DNA of 61,990 nt, counting the filler. It is 14 parts of 14 records of this genome, joined end to end, with 100 filler letters (N's around TTAATTAATTAA, not from the genome) between each part and the next. Parts side by side here need not be neighbours in the genome. Positions count along the whole stretch, not along the records: positions 58,375 to 61,990 come from SRR15195285_7992; 13 more parts are not named here. One strand, written 5' to 3'. Under the pieces are notes generated by a model. It did not search any database and was not told the origin of the DNA. It saw only the letters and a list, made by a program, of their open reading frames with translations. Of the stretch, positions 58,375 to 61,990 are shown piece by piece (the first letter of the stretch is position 1; every line of letters begins with the position of its first letter). The position numbers and the translations under genes are program-made.

Positions 58375-61300
58375 GATGCGATCACCCCGGAGGAATACAT
58401 CGGGATGACCATAAAGTACGAGAAAAAGGGCATTGGAATCGTCCGCGAGTTTGTTGATGACAAGAAGCAGAAGCACACAGTCGAGTTTCAGGGCCGAAAA
58501 CGGAAGCCAGATAAATTATCACGGGTACGGCTTAACACTGAAGCTGCGGCTGCAGGTTTATTCATGATTGCCAACGAAGAGTTTGTGGAAGCGTTCATTG
58601 TGAAGCACATTGATCGATCCACCACGGAGTTTTCGAAGGCGGCCGCAAGGCAGATAGTTAAGAATAAGCTCGACAGGGAGATAGCGGACGCAAAGGCCAA
58701 GAGGGCTGCAGAGCGGCGGCGAAAAGCTGAGAAGGCGAAACCCATCCTCTTGGCACCTGGTATTGCTGCGGCGAAGACGGCGAACACGGTTGTGCCGGTA
58801 GCTGGTAGAATGGGGTTTGTTGCAATGCGCGGCGCTTTTGCAGCCACCGTGGCGGTGACAGGAACGGCGCTGAAGGCAACGAACATTGTTGCCAAAGCCT
58901 CTGAGTCAGGGATTAACCAGATTGAGAAGCAACTGGGCATGTTGACCACTCGGGAAATCACAGCTTTGTGCAAGAGAATGGATCCCGACGGAACGTCTCA
59001 AATTGGTCGACTCGAGCTATCAAGGATATGTCTAATTCTCGAAGAAGCGCTCAGCGATGCAGAGATCGACTCGATGGTGTTGGAACTCATAGGTGACCCG
59101 GAGGGTGAAGTCGGTGTGGCGTATGAGACATTCGGTCGTTGGATCAACTTGCCTGGACCTGTGCAGGATAAGCTGCGCCCCAAAGCCAAGGGTGATCTGA
59201 AAGAAGACGTGGACTGGGTCGCTGGCGCGCGGACTCTGACCGAGCAGGTGGCGAGGCTGCGGGCATGCCGTCAAGAGGACGCGTGGGTCGCTGGTACTAG
59301 TCTCAGGCCTAAGGACATTGTTGGACTACCTGTTGACATCCCGCCGTACGGACAAGGTATTGTTGAATCATACAACCCACGGGGCAAGAGAAAGTTGCGA
59401 AAGCAGCGAAGTAAAGAAGGTCACACGGTTCTTTTCGATATGGGAGAAAGAAAGACCGTGCAGCTTGAGTTTGGTGGCAAGCACCTTGCAGACGGACTGT
59501 GGAAAGCCGTTGATTATGAGTACGTCAATGACTACGTTGACAGTACGCTGGATAAATTCGATGTGGAGTCGCAGGCCATGCTGGATGAACTATCGAACGA
59601 TGCAATGGTCAAGGTGATGGACGAGGAATCTGCTTGGAGACCTGGTGATTTCAACGCCGAGGGTGGTGCCTACGTCGGACGGTATATCCAGATAACGAGG
59701 AACAAGCGTGGCTACTGCGAGGCGTTCAAGAATAGCAAGTACACCATTAAACCTGTTGCAGGCGGGGAGCCTTATAAAGTCAAGCTGGACGGCACAGGGA
59801 CAATTCCTGGCAAAGGCAAGAAGAAGTCCCAAGGGCCGTTCACTTCGTTTCGCGTCCTCGACGATGAGTTTGCCGTTGCTTTCACAGTGCCGCTAGTGAA
59901 GCAACAATTGGACACATGGTGTCACAGGAAGATGGCCGCACTTGAAGACGAGCAGGCACAAATTGCGAAGGATCACGACGATGAAGCTGAAAAACAGCTC
60001 GATAAATATATCGAGGCAATGGCAAAGGAAGACCTGATTGCTGCTGCATCATGTATAGCTTACTGGAACAAAGTGGGTACGCTGAGCTTCGAATCATTTC
60101 GCGCTTCTTTTCTGCCAACGGCCGCACATATGGATCCAGAGATGGTCGCCGCCGCAGGTGGCATTGAAGTGATCTTGAGACAGACCTGGAAGACAATGGA
60201 ACGGCCAGACCGTGCAATCATTGAGAATCAGGTACGCCAGAATCAACTCGGCGATGGAGTCCAAGTGCTCGAAGGACTCGAACTTGGCCAAGGTGAGGTC
60301 TCTCAGTATCAGGTCAGTAAGAAGACAACGTTGCACAGCGATTTCGCCACTGGCGATGGGACCGATGCCACCTATACCTTTACCACAGGTGAGAAGGTGA
60401 ATGCGCTGGAACGGCGGGTGAACGAAGCCGGTATTCTTCGAATCCGGTGCGAAGTCCAGAGCAATGATGATAGCGGAGATAGCATCACCATGCAAGGATG
60501 GGTATCGGTAACCAACACCAAGGGCGAGGAACTGCTTGTACCTGCAAGTGGCCACGAGCTCCAGCAGGTGAATGAGGGAACCACTCTCGACCTTCGCGAC
60601 ATAGACATCATCTGTGCGACACCAGGCGGTCTGAGCGACGATGAAGTGCAAAATGTCCACCGGCAGCTACATGTTAACGAAAGGAATCCTGAGGTCCCTC
60701 TCGACACTTTTGCGAAGTGGATGGTCTCCAGACACTCAGAGCTTGCGGCCAAAATGCTGGACTCAGTCCGAGCCCTCAAATGGCCTGAAATGGCGGCGCT
60801 AGTCACATATGTGAACCCCGACGAGGAGCCCGTGATCGCTAAGGAACGCTATGCTAAAGCCAAGGCTATCGCGAAGGGCGGGTTTGTGGTAGGCAGTTTC
60901 GCTATTAAAGCGGGTGTCCAGACAACCAAGGTTGCCTACAAAGTCGCGCGACCCGTCACCAAGGTTGCGGTGAAGTCAACCGCACCGATTGTCAAGTCGA
61001 CGCTGAAGGCAACGCAAGTGGTATCAAGCGCGCTCGATACTACTGTATCATCCTACGGGAGGGCTGGGTCTGCAATGTTTGCGAGCATAGACAACGCCCT
61101 TTATGGTGAATTCACAGAACTTGATGAGGCTGCTCGCGCTGCATTCAAGATGATGGATGAAAACAACAATCGGTTTCTGGATCGCAAAGAGATGGATGCG
61201 ATTGAACAGTACAGTGGGCTGCGCTTCAGCAATCTCCAGATTGATGAAATGTACGCGGAATTGAGGGGCAAGCCTGGGACGAAAAAGTCAGGCCGGAAAG

Positions 61301-61989
61301 CCACCAGTGGACTAGCAGGCAAAGATGACGCAGGCTTTTTTAGTAAGGACAAGTGGACAGAATGGTACTCGTCGGATAGCATATACGCGAACCGACTTCG
61401 CCGCGAAAGCCTCTGGGCGATCGACAGAGCCAAGGCCGAGGCCGCCTGCAACTACCGGAGCACACTTGTCGAAGACATCGCCTTAGATGCACTCGGCCAG
61501 GCAGCGGCTTGGCTGCCACAGAAAGATTTTGATGGGGTTGATCCCCACGACTTTGTAGGTTTGACAGTTGATGTCAAAGGAAAAGGCTATGGTCGTGGCT
61601 GGATTCAGTCGTACGGCAAGGACGGCCACGAGATAGTGCGGGAAACGGACGAACGGACTTTCTACGTAAACTTATCCGACCAGAAAGGCAAAACGATCGA
61701 CTTCCAGGTGCTATCCCAAGAATTCTACGACAACTACCTCTTCAGGGCACTTGAAGATGCAATGGCTGACTGGGAGGAGGAATTTGATCTCGCCGCAAAT
61801 GATTCAGAGTCTGAGGTGTCCGGCAGTGATATGGACAGCAGCGTAGACGTCGCGCAAAACGCTACTCGTGATGCTGCTGTCGATGATTCAGTCACGGCAG
61901 CGGACCAAGAAATTGACACGACCGCACCGAAGGGCAAGAAGGAGCTTGAGATGCAGAAGAAAAAGAAGAAGAAGAAGAAGAAGAAGAAG
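58375..61989 (+). CDS. Internal fragment (>1200 aa) of a large protein with EF-hands, repeated Tudor/KOW-like units and an SH3b-like domain
   Basis: Manual translation from 58375 (GAT GCG ATC ACC CCG...) has no stop to the window end. EF-like loops MDPDGTSQIGRLE and MDENNNRFLDRKE. It ends in an (AAG)n poly-Lys run. Absent from the ORF track, probably because it has no stop codon. Confidence 0.85.
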
Positions 61990-61990
61990 A

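Noticed and set aside
61957-61990. (AAG)n run at the window end as a telomere or satellite
   Set aside because: It is an in-frame poly-Lys tract of the long ORF and probably just caused the assembly break.

Overview
This window is not one locus. It is 14 short eukaryotic contigs (about 3-10.5 kb each) joined by 13 artificial 100-nt spacers (44 N + TTAATTAATTAA + 44 N), so gene order across spacers means nothing. The DNA is GC-rich and gene-dense, with short spliceosomal introns (mostly 65-190 nt; GTGCG/GTACG donors, YAG acceptors), consistent with a free-living protist MAG/SAG (lineage not determinable here). Recognisable housekeeping genes: Sm D2, a MYST acetyltransferase, Peter Pan/Ssf1, COQ6, DTD, CKS1, UNC-93-like and FBT transporters, an aldo-keto reductase, an acyltransferase-3 and a Cys/Met PLP enzyme. 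Highlights: (1) a thioredoxin-fold selenoprotein split by the ORF caller at TGA-GGG-TGA-TGA (U-G-U-U), with an unusually long SECIS-like hairpin; (2) a miniature SPX domain fused to an ATP-Mg/Pi-type mitochondrial carrier in place of its EF-hands; (3) an IAH1-type SGNH esterase fused to a complete Na+/H+ exchanger; (4) a perfect 30-bp inverted repeat at both ends of one contig, each copy cutting into a gene (introner/MITE-like); (5) a secreted papain-fold plus ART-like multidomain protein; (6) trefoil-like modules inside an MMPL transporter and a GH76 enzyme; (7) a >1200-aa repeat protein missing from the ORF track. All family calls are by-eye motif recognition; no database searches were run.
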